From an uncultured virus (IMG/VR IMGVR_UViG_3300030109_004543) (taxonomy: Duplodnaviria; Heunggongvirae; Uroviricota; Caudoviricetes), in the IMG/VR virus record IMGVR_UViG_3300030109_004543: a DNA stretch of 64,000 nt; one strand, 5' to 3'. A model generated the notes under the pieces. That model worked only from the letters and a program-made list of their open reading frames with translations, searched no databases and was not told where the DNA came from. Both the position numbers and the translations under genes were made by a program. Positions within the stretch are counted from its first letter, which is position 1; each line of letters starts with the position of its first letter. This document shows, one piece after another, positions 1-7,241 of the stretch.

Positions 1-139
1 GTCTGTTTAATTCCTCATTAAAAATCTGAATTAATTTGGGGGGTTTTATTGAATATCTTATATTATCAATAATTCCCCAATCTCGGCTTCCAAAAATCCT
101 ATCTAGAAACTCATCTATTTTAATTAAAAAGTTTTTCAT
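1..139 (-). CDS. Partial hypothetical protein running off the left edge (MKNFLIKIDEFLDRIFG...)
   Basis: ATG at 139 (minus), AGGAG RBS at 146-150, frame open to window edge; hand-translated. Confidence 0.55.
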   Translation of the reverse strand, partial: MKNFLIKIDEFLDRIFGSRDWGIIDNIRYSIKPPKLIQIFNEELNR

Positions 140-140
140 G

Positions 141-479
141 TTACACTCCTATTTTTAGTTTAAAAGAATCCCATTCTGTTTCAAATCCATAATCTATTAA
201 GTGATTATTAATAGAATCCCCATATTTTATTAATAATATAAATTCTTTAGACTTTTTTTCAACATCATCAATTGACATAAATTCGTCTGATTCTGATAAC
301 TTTTTATGTTCTACTAAACTTAAAAGTATTTCAGTTAAAAGAGTATTGGCTTTTGTTGAAATGTTTTCAAAGTATTTTTTTGTTATTAAATTTGTATTGA
401 TTTCCATATCTGAAATAAAATCAAATTCTGAATTTAATTTTAATGTTTGTGATTTTAATTCTTTAAAACTTACATTCAT
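141..479 (-). CDS. Hypothetical protein
   Basis: 112-aa ORF, start overlaps stop of upstream gene, GAGGTG RBS. Confidence 0.7.
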   Translation of the reverse strand: MNVSFKELKSQTLKLNSEFDFISDMEINTNLITKKYFENISTKANTLLTEILLSLVEHKKLSESDEFMSIDDVEKKSKEFILLIKYGDSINNHLIDYGFETEWDSFKLKIGV

Positions 480-673
480 TTTTTATACACCTCATTAATT
501 AATTTTTTATTTTTAATTTCTAATACTGTTTTTAATGCATATAATTGACCTTCATACAATAAAATCATACTTCTTCGTAGTTCCTCACTATGGTCAAGAT
601 TATTCTCCTCATATTCATTTATCATTTTCATGACCCATTTTTTATAGTCTTTGATTTCTTTAATTTTTAGCAT
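476..673 (-). CDS. Hypothetical protein
   Basis: 65-aa ORF, GAGGAG RBS at 682-687, promoter directly upstream. Confidence 0.75.
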   Translation of the reverse strand: MLKIKEIKDYKKWVMKMINEYEENNLDHSEELRRSMILLYEGQLYALKTVLEIKNKKLINEVYKK

Positions 674-713
674 TGCAATTTCTCCTCAAAAATTTATTTT
701 TTATATACTTATA

Positions 714-742
714 ATTATAAACCTATTACTTGACAATTGCAA
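714..742 (-). promoter_or_regulatory. Sigma70-type promoter TTGCAA-17-TATAAT
   Basis: Minus strand ttgcaa-ttgtcaagtaataggtt-tataat, upstream of the 673 gene. Confidence 0.65.
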
Positions 743-749
743 TAGGTTT

Positions 750-914
750 TTATGCTATTTTTATATGTTTTTTGTAATCTTTACCATTTGTTGCATATGG
801 GAAACTTGTATAATGACCATAACAACAATGAGCTTTGTGATTTTTACAAACACATGCTTTTTTCATAAAATCAGAATCTGATTTTTTTGATCTTTTTAAA
901 CAACTACACATCAT
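750..914 (-). CDS. Small Cys/His-rich protein, 54 aa (MMCSCLKRSKK...CVCKNHKAHCCYGH...)
   Basis: Hand-translated, AGGAG RBS at 921-925; below ORF-track cutoff. Confidence 0.6.
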   Translation of the reverse strand: MMCSCLKRSKKSDSDFMKKACVCKNHKAHCCYGHYTSFPYATNGKDYKKHIKIA

Positions 915-917
915 AAT

Positions 918-1046
918 TTACTCCTTCTCACTTGTGATGATTTTTCCATTGTCTAGAATTATCACTAACATTGGGTTGGCTTTGTCATCTGATAGGTTGT
1001 AAATCCTGCCACCATTAGTGCCTATTCGTATTTCTTGACTATCCAT
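918..1046 (-). CDS. Small hypothetical protein, 42 aa (MDSQEIRIGTNGGRIYNL...)
   Basis: Hand-translated, AGGT RBS-like element, abuts next gene. Confidence 0.55.
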   Translation of the reverse strand: MDSQEIRIGTNGGRIYNLSDDKANPMLVIILDNGKIITSEKE

Positions 1047-1081
1047 TTTTTTCTACCTTGAAATTAATATTGATACTTACT

Positions 1082-1111
1082 ATTTTAATTCATTTAAAAC
1101 TAATTTGTCAA
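1082..1111 (-). promoter_or_regulatory. Sigma70-type promoter TTGACA-18-TAAAAT for the leftward operon
   Basis: tgtcaa at 1106-1111 and atttta at 1082-1087 on the plus strand. Confidence 0.5.
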
Positions 1112-1366
1112 GTAGTTTTTTATCCTTTTTTGTTAGTTATTTTTTTCACAAACTATCCCATTCTTAGACATGAGACAAAGTATTTTTTATTTTCTCTTGA
1201 CATTTTTATTCTTAGAGTGGTTACAGCTGCCCTAAAAATGACCCCCCCGGTTATAGTGTTTTTGCGTTATTTATATCTATTAACATCCATACTATCTCTT
1301 CCGGAAAAATTTTTTTTATTTTTGAATATCTTTCCCTTCAGTAGCTTAAATTTTTTATAATATAAT

Positions 1367-1375
1367 AGTATAATA
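1367..1375 (+). promoter_or_regulatory. AGTATAATA putative late promoter motif
   Basis: Recurrent 9-mer 20 nt upstream of ATG 1395 (AAGGAG RBS). Confidence 0.55.
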
Positions 1376-1394
1376 GACCTATAAGGAGTACGAT

Positions 1395-1571
1395 ATGAAA
1401 TATATAAAAGAGTATTTTCCAATATTATTAATTTTATTTGGTGGGATAATGGCTGATTTATTCAATGGATTGGATACTGAGATAATAACATTAGAGATAA
1501 TATCTTGGACATCTGTTGCTGTTGGTGTAATAGGTTCAGCTAGAATCGTATGGTTTAAGATTAAGAAGTAA
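1395..1571 (+). CDS. Small membrane protein, 58 aa, two hydrophobic segments
   Basis: Hand-translated MKYIKEYFPILLILFGG...WFKIKK; AAGGAG RBS. Confidence 0.65.
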   Translation: MKYIKEYFPILLILFGGIMADLFNGLDTEIITLEIISWTSVAVGVIGSARIVWFKIKK

Positions 1572-1678
1572 TGAATTGGAAACAAAAATTTATTGAAGGC
1601 ATATTAATACTTCTAGTGTTAGTTATACTTAGAGGTGTCTTTAAAGGGACTAAGGAAGAAGATGACGATAGAGATTGA
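1571..1678 (+). CDS. Small single-TM protein, 35 aa
   Basis: TAATG coupling; MNWKQKFIEGILILLVLVILRG... Confidence 0.5.
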   Translation: MNWKQKFIEGILILLVLVILRGVFKGTKEEDDDRD

Positions 1679-2045
1679 GAAACAAAAATACAAAGGTAAA
1701 AGAGTAAAAAGCCCTAAAGGTGGATTAACAGCTGCTGGTAGAAAATACTTCAAAAGAAAAGAAGGTTCTAACCTAAAACCCGGAGTCAAGGGTAAAGCTG
1801 ATACTCCTACGAAAAAGCGTAGGAAGGGTAGTTTCTTAGCTCGACATTATGGTGGCCCAGCTAAACCTTTAAAAGACAAGAAAGGTAGACCAACACGACA
1901 TGCATTACAAGCTAGGGCTTGGGGAGAAGCAGCTCCTTCAAGTCAATCTGCTGCTAAGGCTCTAGGAGCTAAAGGCAGAAGAATGCTTGATGCATACCAA
2001 CGATCAAAGAATGTAAAGAAATTCGTAAAGTTTGTAAATGACTGA
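1662..2045 (+). CDS. Highly basic phage protein (DUF6321-like)
   Basis: KSPKGGLTAAGRKYF...NLKPGVK...RKGSFLAR...RAWG pattern recalled from phage DUF6321 proteins; ATG 1662 has an RBS. Confidence 0.65.
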   Translation: MTIEIEKQKYKGKRVKSPKGGLTAAGRKYFKRKEGSNLKPGVKGKADTPTKKRRKGSFLARHYGGPAKPLKDKKGRPTRHALQARAWGEAAPSSQSAAKALGAKGRRMLDAYQRSKNVKKFVKFVND

Positions 2046-2301
2046 TTTAGTTATAAAATATTATTATGAGTGTTGTCCTTCTTGTACAAATTACAGAGAT
2101 ACAGCTTTTAAGACCAGCGAAGAAATAAAACATGCCCATCCTAACTACAGCAGAATTGTAGAGTTAGATTTGGTGAATGATGAATTCGCAGTTGAAAGGT
2201 ATTCCAATTACAGTACAGGTTCTGACAAAGAAGTTATCTTCTCCAAGAATTCAGCAGGTAGGTTACCTAACGAAGGAGAGATATTGACATTACTAGAATA
2301 A
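2038..2301 (+). CDS. Hypothetical protein with CxxC, possible thioredoxin-like fold
   Basis: YYECCPSC after an N-terminal beta strand. Confidence 0.5.
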   Translation: MTDLVIKYYYECCPSCTNYRDTAFKTSEEIKHAHPNYSRIVELDLVNDEFAVERYSNYSTGSDKEVIFSKNSAGRLPNEGEILTLLE

Positions 2302-2368
2302 TAAAATTTCCGGGGGTCGGCCCTTTCAGCATAGTTGGTTTTAGAAATTATATACATAGGAGAAGAAA

Positions 2369-2863
2369 GTGACAAGCAATTTTATAGATGAGAAAGAGAA
2401 AACAGCTTTAGCAGATTTAGATTATTCATTAGGATTGATAAAGAATAATAAAGAAGTTTGCTGGAGAAAAGTTAAGAATGAACAAGGAGTAGAAGAAGAG
2501 CAGTTAAATCCTGTAACAGCAATGTTAATCATGGCTACTCAGTTGGTAGGCATAGATAAAATAACAGAAAAGACTTTAAAAGAGTTTTTAACACGATTAA
2601 AGATGATGGAAGCGATTGGAAATGTTTTAATTGTAGACCCTGAAGGACAAGTCAGGAATCATAACGAACATGAATTAAAGCTTCACATGGGTTTAAGTAC
2701 TACAGCCCATCGATTAGACAAGCGAAAATTCAGGAATCGAATTTCTAATTGGGTAGAAACTAGAGCTCAAGAGATAAAAGATTCAGAATCTGCTAGTATA
2801 ATAAATCAGGAGGAAAATAATGCAGATACGGAAACAGGGGACTCACCCAAAAAGAATAACTAA
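2369..2863 (+). CDS. Hypothetical protein
   Basis: 164-aa ORF, GTG start, AGGAG RBS. Confidence 0.7.
   Translation: MTSNFIDEKEKTALADLDYSLGLIKNNKEVCWRKVKNEQGVEEEQLNPVTAMLIMATQLVGIDKITEKTLKEFLTRLKMMEAIGNVLIVDPEGQVRNHNEHELKLHMGLSTTAHRLDKRKFRNRISNWVETRAQEIKDSESASIINQEENNADTETGDSPKKNN
2795..2803 (+). promoter_or_regulatory. AGTATAATA putative late promoter motif
   Basis: Just upstream of the AGGAGG RBS of the HNH gene. Confidence 0.55.
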
Positions 2864-3254
2864 ATATGACGTACAACAGAGAATAGCTAAAAAACGAGAT
2901 GTTTTTGATTATTTAGGTAGAAATCCTAAAGAGGATATGCAAACCGATAAACTAAAAATTCGGTTAATTAGAGAAGGCATGCTAAAACCTAAATGTGATG
3001 ATTGTGATAGAGATCAATGGAGAGACGAAACTATTACTCTTGAATTAGATCATATAGATGGAAATAAAGAAAACAACTCTTTAGCAAATCTTCGGCTGCT
3101 TTGCCCCAATTGTCACTCTCAAACTCCTGAATATAGAAGTAGAGTAGGACAAACCCAAGAAGACAGAGACCAAAGAAGTAAAGATTACAGACAAAATATG
3201 GATCAGATAATAGCTGATGGAATAAAATTAAGAGAGAAACGATTAGGAGAATAA
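2820..3254 (+). CDS. HNH endonuclease
   Basis: CDDC...LELDHIDGNKENNSLANLRLLCPNCH motif. Confidence 0.9.
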   Translation: MQIRKQGTHPKRITKYDVQQRIAKKRDVFDYLGRNPKEDMQTDKLKIRLIREGMLKPKCDDCDRDQWRDETITLELDHIDGNKENNSLANLRLLCPNCHSQTPEYRSRVGQTQEDRDQRSKDYRQNMDQIIADGIKLREKRLGE

Positions 3255-3255
3255 A

Positions 3256-3723
3256 ATGGATTTTAAAAACATGAAGGTATCAATCGGTATTGTCATAACC
3301 ATTATAGCTCAAGCTTTTGGAATAATTTGGTATGTAGCCCAATTAGATAGTACTGTAGGAAATTTAAATACAACTGTATATGCTCTTGAAGAGCAAGCTA
3401 CTAGTGTAGATATTGCAGTTTTAAACTCAGATGTAGATAATCTTAAAGAAGAACTTTTAGATTTAAAACGCATGATCGAAATACTTTCTGAAGAACTAAA
3501 AGATAAAGAATTTGATAGTTCTCATTTAGAAAGATCGATAGAACATCTAGAAGAAGAATATATTAAATTAGAAGACGAAGTAGATGCTTTGGAAGCTAAG
3601 GATTTAGTAATAGAAAACGAGATGAGAACTATAATGTCGGATCACTCAAGTTTTGGAGACATTCTAAAAGATTTGGGCAAGGGTGGTTATGCAGACAATA
3701 GACATTATGGGGACTATAAATGA
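3256..3723 (+). CDS. N-terminal TM plus coiled-coil protein
   Basis: Hydrophobic N-terminus then heptad repeats; paralog of 4014..4724. Confidence 0.7.
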   Translation: MDFKNMKVSIGIVITIIAQAFGIIWYVAQLDSTVGNLNTTVYALEEQATSVDIAVLNSDVDNLKEELLDLKRMIEILSEELKDKEFDSSHLERSIEHLEEEYIKLEDEVDALEAKDLVIENEMRTIMSDHSSFGDILKDLGKGGYADNRHYGDYK

Positions 3724-4004
3724 GTGCCATACATAAATGGAGATGGACAGCTTTAATCGTATATTTAATTATTTGTGTATATGATTTTATGGTAGTTCCT
3801 ATTTATTATGGGGTAGCTAGAATGGGATTAGATTTAGCTGATTATATGAGTCATTTGCAAGAGATTGAAGACCCATTAGTACAAATGGAGTATTTAAAGA
3901 AACTTGTATCACAACACGAACCATTTACTCTGAAAGGTGGTGGACTATTCCACTTGTCATTCGGAGCTTTATTAACAGGAAGCGTGTTCGGAAAAGAGAA
4001 ATAG
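3720..4004 (+). CDS. Putative holin (GTA 3TM-holin-like membrane protein)
   Basis: WRW..LIVYLIICVYDF...P...PFTLKGGGLFHLSFGALL...EK pattern. Confidence 0.5.
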   Translation: MSAIHKWRWTALIVYLIICVYDFMVVPIYYGVARMGLDLADYMSHLQEIEDPLVQMEYLKKLVSQHEPFTLKGGGLFHLSFGALLTGSVFGKEK

Positions 4005-4013
4005 GAGCTTATA

Positions 4014-4724
4014 TTGAAATTTATTAAAGACACTAAAATAACTGTAGGAATGGCAATGGCCGTGATTATGCAGGCTAGTGGTGTTATTTGGTATATCGCC
4101 CAGCTTGACTCTAATGTAACTAGCTTACAAAATAATATACAGGTTCAGGCCGGACAAATCAATACTTTAAATGTTCAAATTAGTCAATTATCAAAAGATT
4201 TTAATATATCTTTAAATTCTGAGATCGATAAACTACAAGACGATCAAAGTTATACTAAAGAAAAAGTGTCTTCAATTGAAACAAAAGTGTCTAGTTTAAC
4301 TGACAATGGGATTAAAGATGACATATCTTTTGTAAAAGAGAGAGTGGCTTACTTAGAAGCTACTTCAAATGATGTTATGGAATTAGAACATAAATTGGCA
4401 ACTGTAAAAGATGACATCACTAATATTAGCAATCTTATGTTAAACATCGAAAATACTTTAAACGATATAGAACCAAACGATTATAAATATGAACTTGATA
4501 ATTTAGAGTATGAATTGAAATCTGATCTCTCAGAGTTAGACTCTTCTATTGATTCTGTGGAGAGTAAAATAACTGAAATAGAAATGTCTATTTTAAACCT
4601 TGTAAGAAATAATGATTTCGTATACACTACTATGGTAAGTCAAAATGAATTAAATCAATTGAAAGATGAGATCAATCTCTTAAAGGAAAGAGTTACTTGG
4701 CTTGAAGCAACACCAAATTATTAA
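4014..4724 (+). CDS. N-terminal TM plus long coiled-coil protein
   Basis: TTG start with AGGAG RBS; G.IWY.AQLDS.V shared with 3256..3723. Confidence 0.7.
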   Translation: MKFIKDTKITVGMAMAVIMQASGVIWYIAQLDSNVTSLQNNIQVQAGQINTLNVQISQLSKDFNISLNSEIDKLQDDQSYTKEKVSSIETKVSSLTDNGIKDDISFVKERVAYLEATSNDVMELEHKLATVKDDITNISNLMLNIENTLNDIEPNDYKYELDNLEYELKSDLSELDSSIDSVESKITEIEMSILNLVRNNDFVYTTMVSQNELNQLKDEINLLKERVTWLEATPNY

Positions 4725-4734
4725 AGGATAGAGG

Positions 4735-5004
4735 ATGAAAGCAGAAGATATAAAAGAACATTTAGCTGAGTTGAATGAAGAAGCTATACTATACGATGAT
4801 TATGACGAGGCTTTAATAGGGATAGGACATAGAAATGGTTCCGGTGCTATAGCAGCTTATGACCTAGATAAAGTTTTTAAAGAACTTGAGAAGATGTTAG
4901 GGCCTGATTGTTCAGAAGAAGATGTTATTGAATATTTTGATTTTAACGTAATGGGTACATGGGCCGGAGAATATACACCCATATTTATAGAGGTGATGAA
5001 ATGA
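4735..5004 (+). CDS. Conserved phage hypothetical protein
   Basis: DDYDEALIG...AYD...EYFDFNV.G.W.GE.TPIF pattern common in phages. Confidence 0.7.
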   Translation: MKAEDIKEHLAELNEEAILYDDYDEALIGIGHRNGSGAIAAYDLDKVFKELEKMLGPDCSEEDVIEYFDFNVMGTWAGEYTPIFIEVMK

Positions 5005-5165
5005 AGACAGAAATTCCTTTAAAACCATGTAAATTTATAGTATCTGTTGAGTTTGAAGCTCATGAAAAACTCTCAGATGAAGAAGTAAAACAAGTTTTAT
5101 TTGACAAATTAAGTACAAAAACTAGAGTATTTAAAGAAGTTGAAGTTTTATGGCGAGTTGAATAA
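5001..5165 (+). CDS. Hypothetical protein
   Basis: ATG at 5001 after GAGGTG RBS, coupled to both neighbours. Confidence 0.6.
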   Translation: MKTEIPLKPCKFIVSVEFEAHEKLSDEEVKQVLFDKLSTKTRVFKEVEVLWRVE

Positions 5166-5347
5166 TGCCTAGATATTCTTATCATTGTAAAGAATGTGAT
5201 ATAACTTTTGAAAAAAGAGAGAGTTATAACAGTAATGACACAATAGATTGTGAAAAATGTAATAAGATATCTGCAGTTAGACAATTTAGTCCACCTTTGA
5301 TAATTTTTAAAGGAGATGGTTGGTATGTTAACAGAAAAGATAAATAA
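5165..5347 (+). CDS. FmdB-family zinc-ribbon protein
   Basis: MPRYSYHCKEC...FE...CEKC...FSPPLIIFKGDGWY. Confidence 0.85.
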   Translation: MPRYSYHCKECDITFEKRESYNSNDTIDCEKCNKISAVRQFSPPLIIFKGDGWYVNRKDK

Positions 5348-5348
5348 A

Positions 5349-5485
5349 TTGTCAAGTTATGTAATATATAATATATATAGTATAGTAATAAAGAATATAG
5401 TACTAAAGAGTATAGTACTATTAGAGTATATAATAGTATTAGTACTTTATATATTATTTATATTATATATTACATGAGTTGACAA
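5349..5485. repeat. AT-rich element: 27-bp inverted repeat enclosing three tandem 15-bp repeats (candidate origin)
   Basis: Arms 5349-5375 and 5459-5485 (2 mismatches); TATAGTA(A/C)TA units at 5381, 5396, 5411. Confidence 0.75.
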
Positions 5486-5506
5486 ATTAAAAATTCTTTA
5501 AAGTTT

Positions 5507-5515
5507 AGTATAATA
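5507..5515 (+). promoter_or_regulatory. AGTATAATA putative late promoter motif
   Basis: Intergenic, 30 nt upstream of the nuclease gene. Confidence 0.6.
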
Positions 5516-5544
5516 ATATAGAACCATAAGTTAAGGAGAATATA

Positions 5545-5901
5545 GTGTTTGAATATAAAGCGAATTTAGTTAAAGTTGTTGATGGAGATACCATTGATGT
5601 TGATTTAGATTTAGGTTTTGGAGTTTGGCTAAAGAAACAAAGAGTTAGACTTTATGGAATAAATACTCCGGAAAGCCGGACAAGAGACTTAGAAGAGAAA
5701 AAAAGGGGTTTAGCTGCTAAGGATAGAGTTGTAGAGCTTATAGAGAATTGTGAAGAATTAAGCATAAAAACTATAATAAACAAAAAAGCTAGAGGAAAAT
5801 ATGGAAGAATTCTAGCTGATATCTTGGCTGATGGAATTAATGTCAATCAACTCCTAGTTTCTGAAGGTCATGCTGTCGAATACTTTGGAGGGAAAAGATG
5901 A
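5545..5901 (+). CDS. Thermonuclease (staphylococcal nuclease-like)
   Basis: VVDGDTID...RVRLYGINTPE...GKYGRILA...NQLLVSEGHA. Confidence 0.9.
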   Translation: MFEYKANLVKVVDGDTIDVDLDLGFGVWLKKQRVRLYGINTPESRTRDLEEKKRGLAAKDRVVELIENCEELSIKTIINKKARGKYGRILADILADGINVNQLLVSEGHAVEYFGGKR

Positions 5902-7220
5902 TCAACAAAATTAAAAATAAAATAAAGAGCCTAACTTTTAAAAGTGTCTTAAAAGGTGTAGGTAAACTTTTTTTAAATACATTCACTATAGCTACGCTGA
6001 GTATAGGTACTATGGGATTATTTTTATCCTATATAAATCCAACTGCGTATATAGCTCAACAATTTCCAAATTTACAAATGGGAGCTTACACACTTGAAAC
6101 CTTATTTGCTGATGTCAAATATTGGCAATCATTAGGGTATATAGCATGGTCTATATCAGGTGGAACAATAGCTTTAGGATTAGCTATGCATATAAGAAGC
6201 TTAGGTAAAGTGATTAGAGCAATTAAAGCTAGCCCAAGAGCAATAATTAACTTCCCTATGAATACTTACAAAAAAGTAAGAGCAGGGAGAGATTGGTTAC
6301 TAACTAAAATAAATTATCTTAACGAAGAATCAGCTAAATGGAGAACAGCTTTTAATATAGCTAAATCACCTTATAGCTTACTCAGATCATTAGGCTTTAG
6401 TCCACAAATGGCTGTAGGTCTTCTTTTTGCAGGTAGTTCAGTAGGTGGTGGTGTAATTGTTAATGAAACTGTATTAAAAGATAGAACTTTTGAGAATGGA
6501 GATGCAGGATACTACAACAGTAACAATGCTACAGGAAATATCAATATTCCTGATGAAACCTTAGAACAAGCTTTAGAAAGACAAGATTCTGACAACACGC
6601 TTAGAATTATTGTAGGAACTTTACCAATCCAAGAAGTATCAATTCAAAATGTGAGTATAGGTACTGCTTATAACTCATCAACTTTGCCACAAGGTAAAAG
6701 TGAAGCAATCCTTGTAGAAGGGACAAACTCAGGTGGTGTTTCGACTTATTTAGAAGTTGGAGAATTAATATTTGAAAAGAATAGGTGTAAACAGCTAATC
6801 GTGGAAAACGTCACAAGTCATACTATCGAGATCATTGGCAACCTATCAGATGGACAGAGTATCACTCAAAGTGCTGGAACAGGATTAAGGAGAGCAATAA
6901 TAGGTGGACATTTCCAAAGCAAGTCGCTAAAAACTGATTATGGTTTGTATGACCGAATTCATTTGTCAGCCGACACTAACAATGTCAATGGAAAAATTGG
7001 CAAGTTAGTAATGTCTAACATAGTGAGTAAGGGAGGAACCTGTAACCTTAAAAGAATTAAAGCTGATACTATTAGAATTAATCACAATAGGATAGGAGCA
7101 GGTGACGGATTCGCAGCAAAAGATTTCAAAATCGAATCTTCGGTAAATGCCGTTCATTGGATTGTTGACGATAATGCAGAATTATTAACATCAGAACCTG
7201 CGAGCTTGCCTACAGAATAA
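5898..7220 (+). CDS. Membrane-anchored protein with beta-rich C-terminal domain
   Basis: Several hydrophobic segments, then a Gly/Asn/Ile-rich region. Confidence 0.7.
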   Translation: MINKIKNKIKSLTFKSVLKGVGKLFLNTFTIATLSIGTMGLFLSYINPTAYIAQQFPNLQMGAYTLETLFADVKYWQSLGYIAWSISGGTIALGLAMHIRSLGKVIRAIKASPRAIINFPMNTYKKVRAGRDWLLTKINYLNEESAKWRTAFNIAKSPYSLLRSLGFSPQMAVGLLFAGSSVGGGVIVNETVLKDRTFENGDAGYYNSNNATGNINIPDETLEQALERQDSDNTLRIIVGTLPIQEVSIQNVSIGTAYNSSTLPQGKSEAILVEGTNSGGVSTYLEVGELIFEKNRCKQLIVENVTSHTIEIIGNLSDGQSITQSAGTGLRRAIIGGHFQSKSLKTDYGLYDRIHLSADTNNVNGKIGKLVMSNIVSKGGTCNLKRIKADTIRINHNRIGAGDGFAAKDFKIESSVNAVHWIVDDNAELLTSEPASLPTE

Positions 7221-7241
7221 TAAATGAGGATAGAAAAATAG

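Noticed and set aside
651..1585. ORF-track calls 651..881(+), 1058..1360(+), 1379..1585(-)
   Set aside because: No RBS and F/I/L-rich shadow composition; two lie opposite better-supported small genes and one spans the regulatory gap
2303..2350. GC-rich intergenic stretch as tRNA, ncRNA or terminator
   Set aside because: Only a weak, mostly G-U stem and no cloverleaf; insufficient support
5381..5425. 15-bp repeats as a mini CRISPR array
   Set aside because: Repeats are contiguous with no unique spacers
5479..5514. TTGACA...TATAAT as a sigma70 promoter
   Set aside because: Spacer is 24 bp; the TTGACA belongs to the inverted-repeat arm
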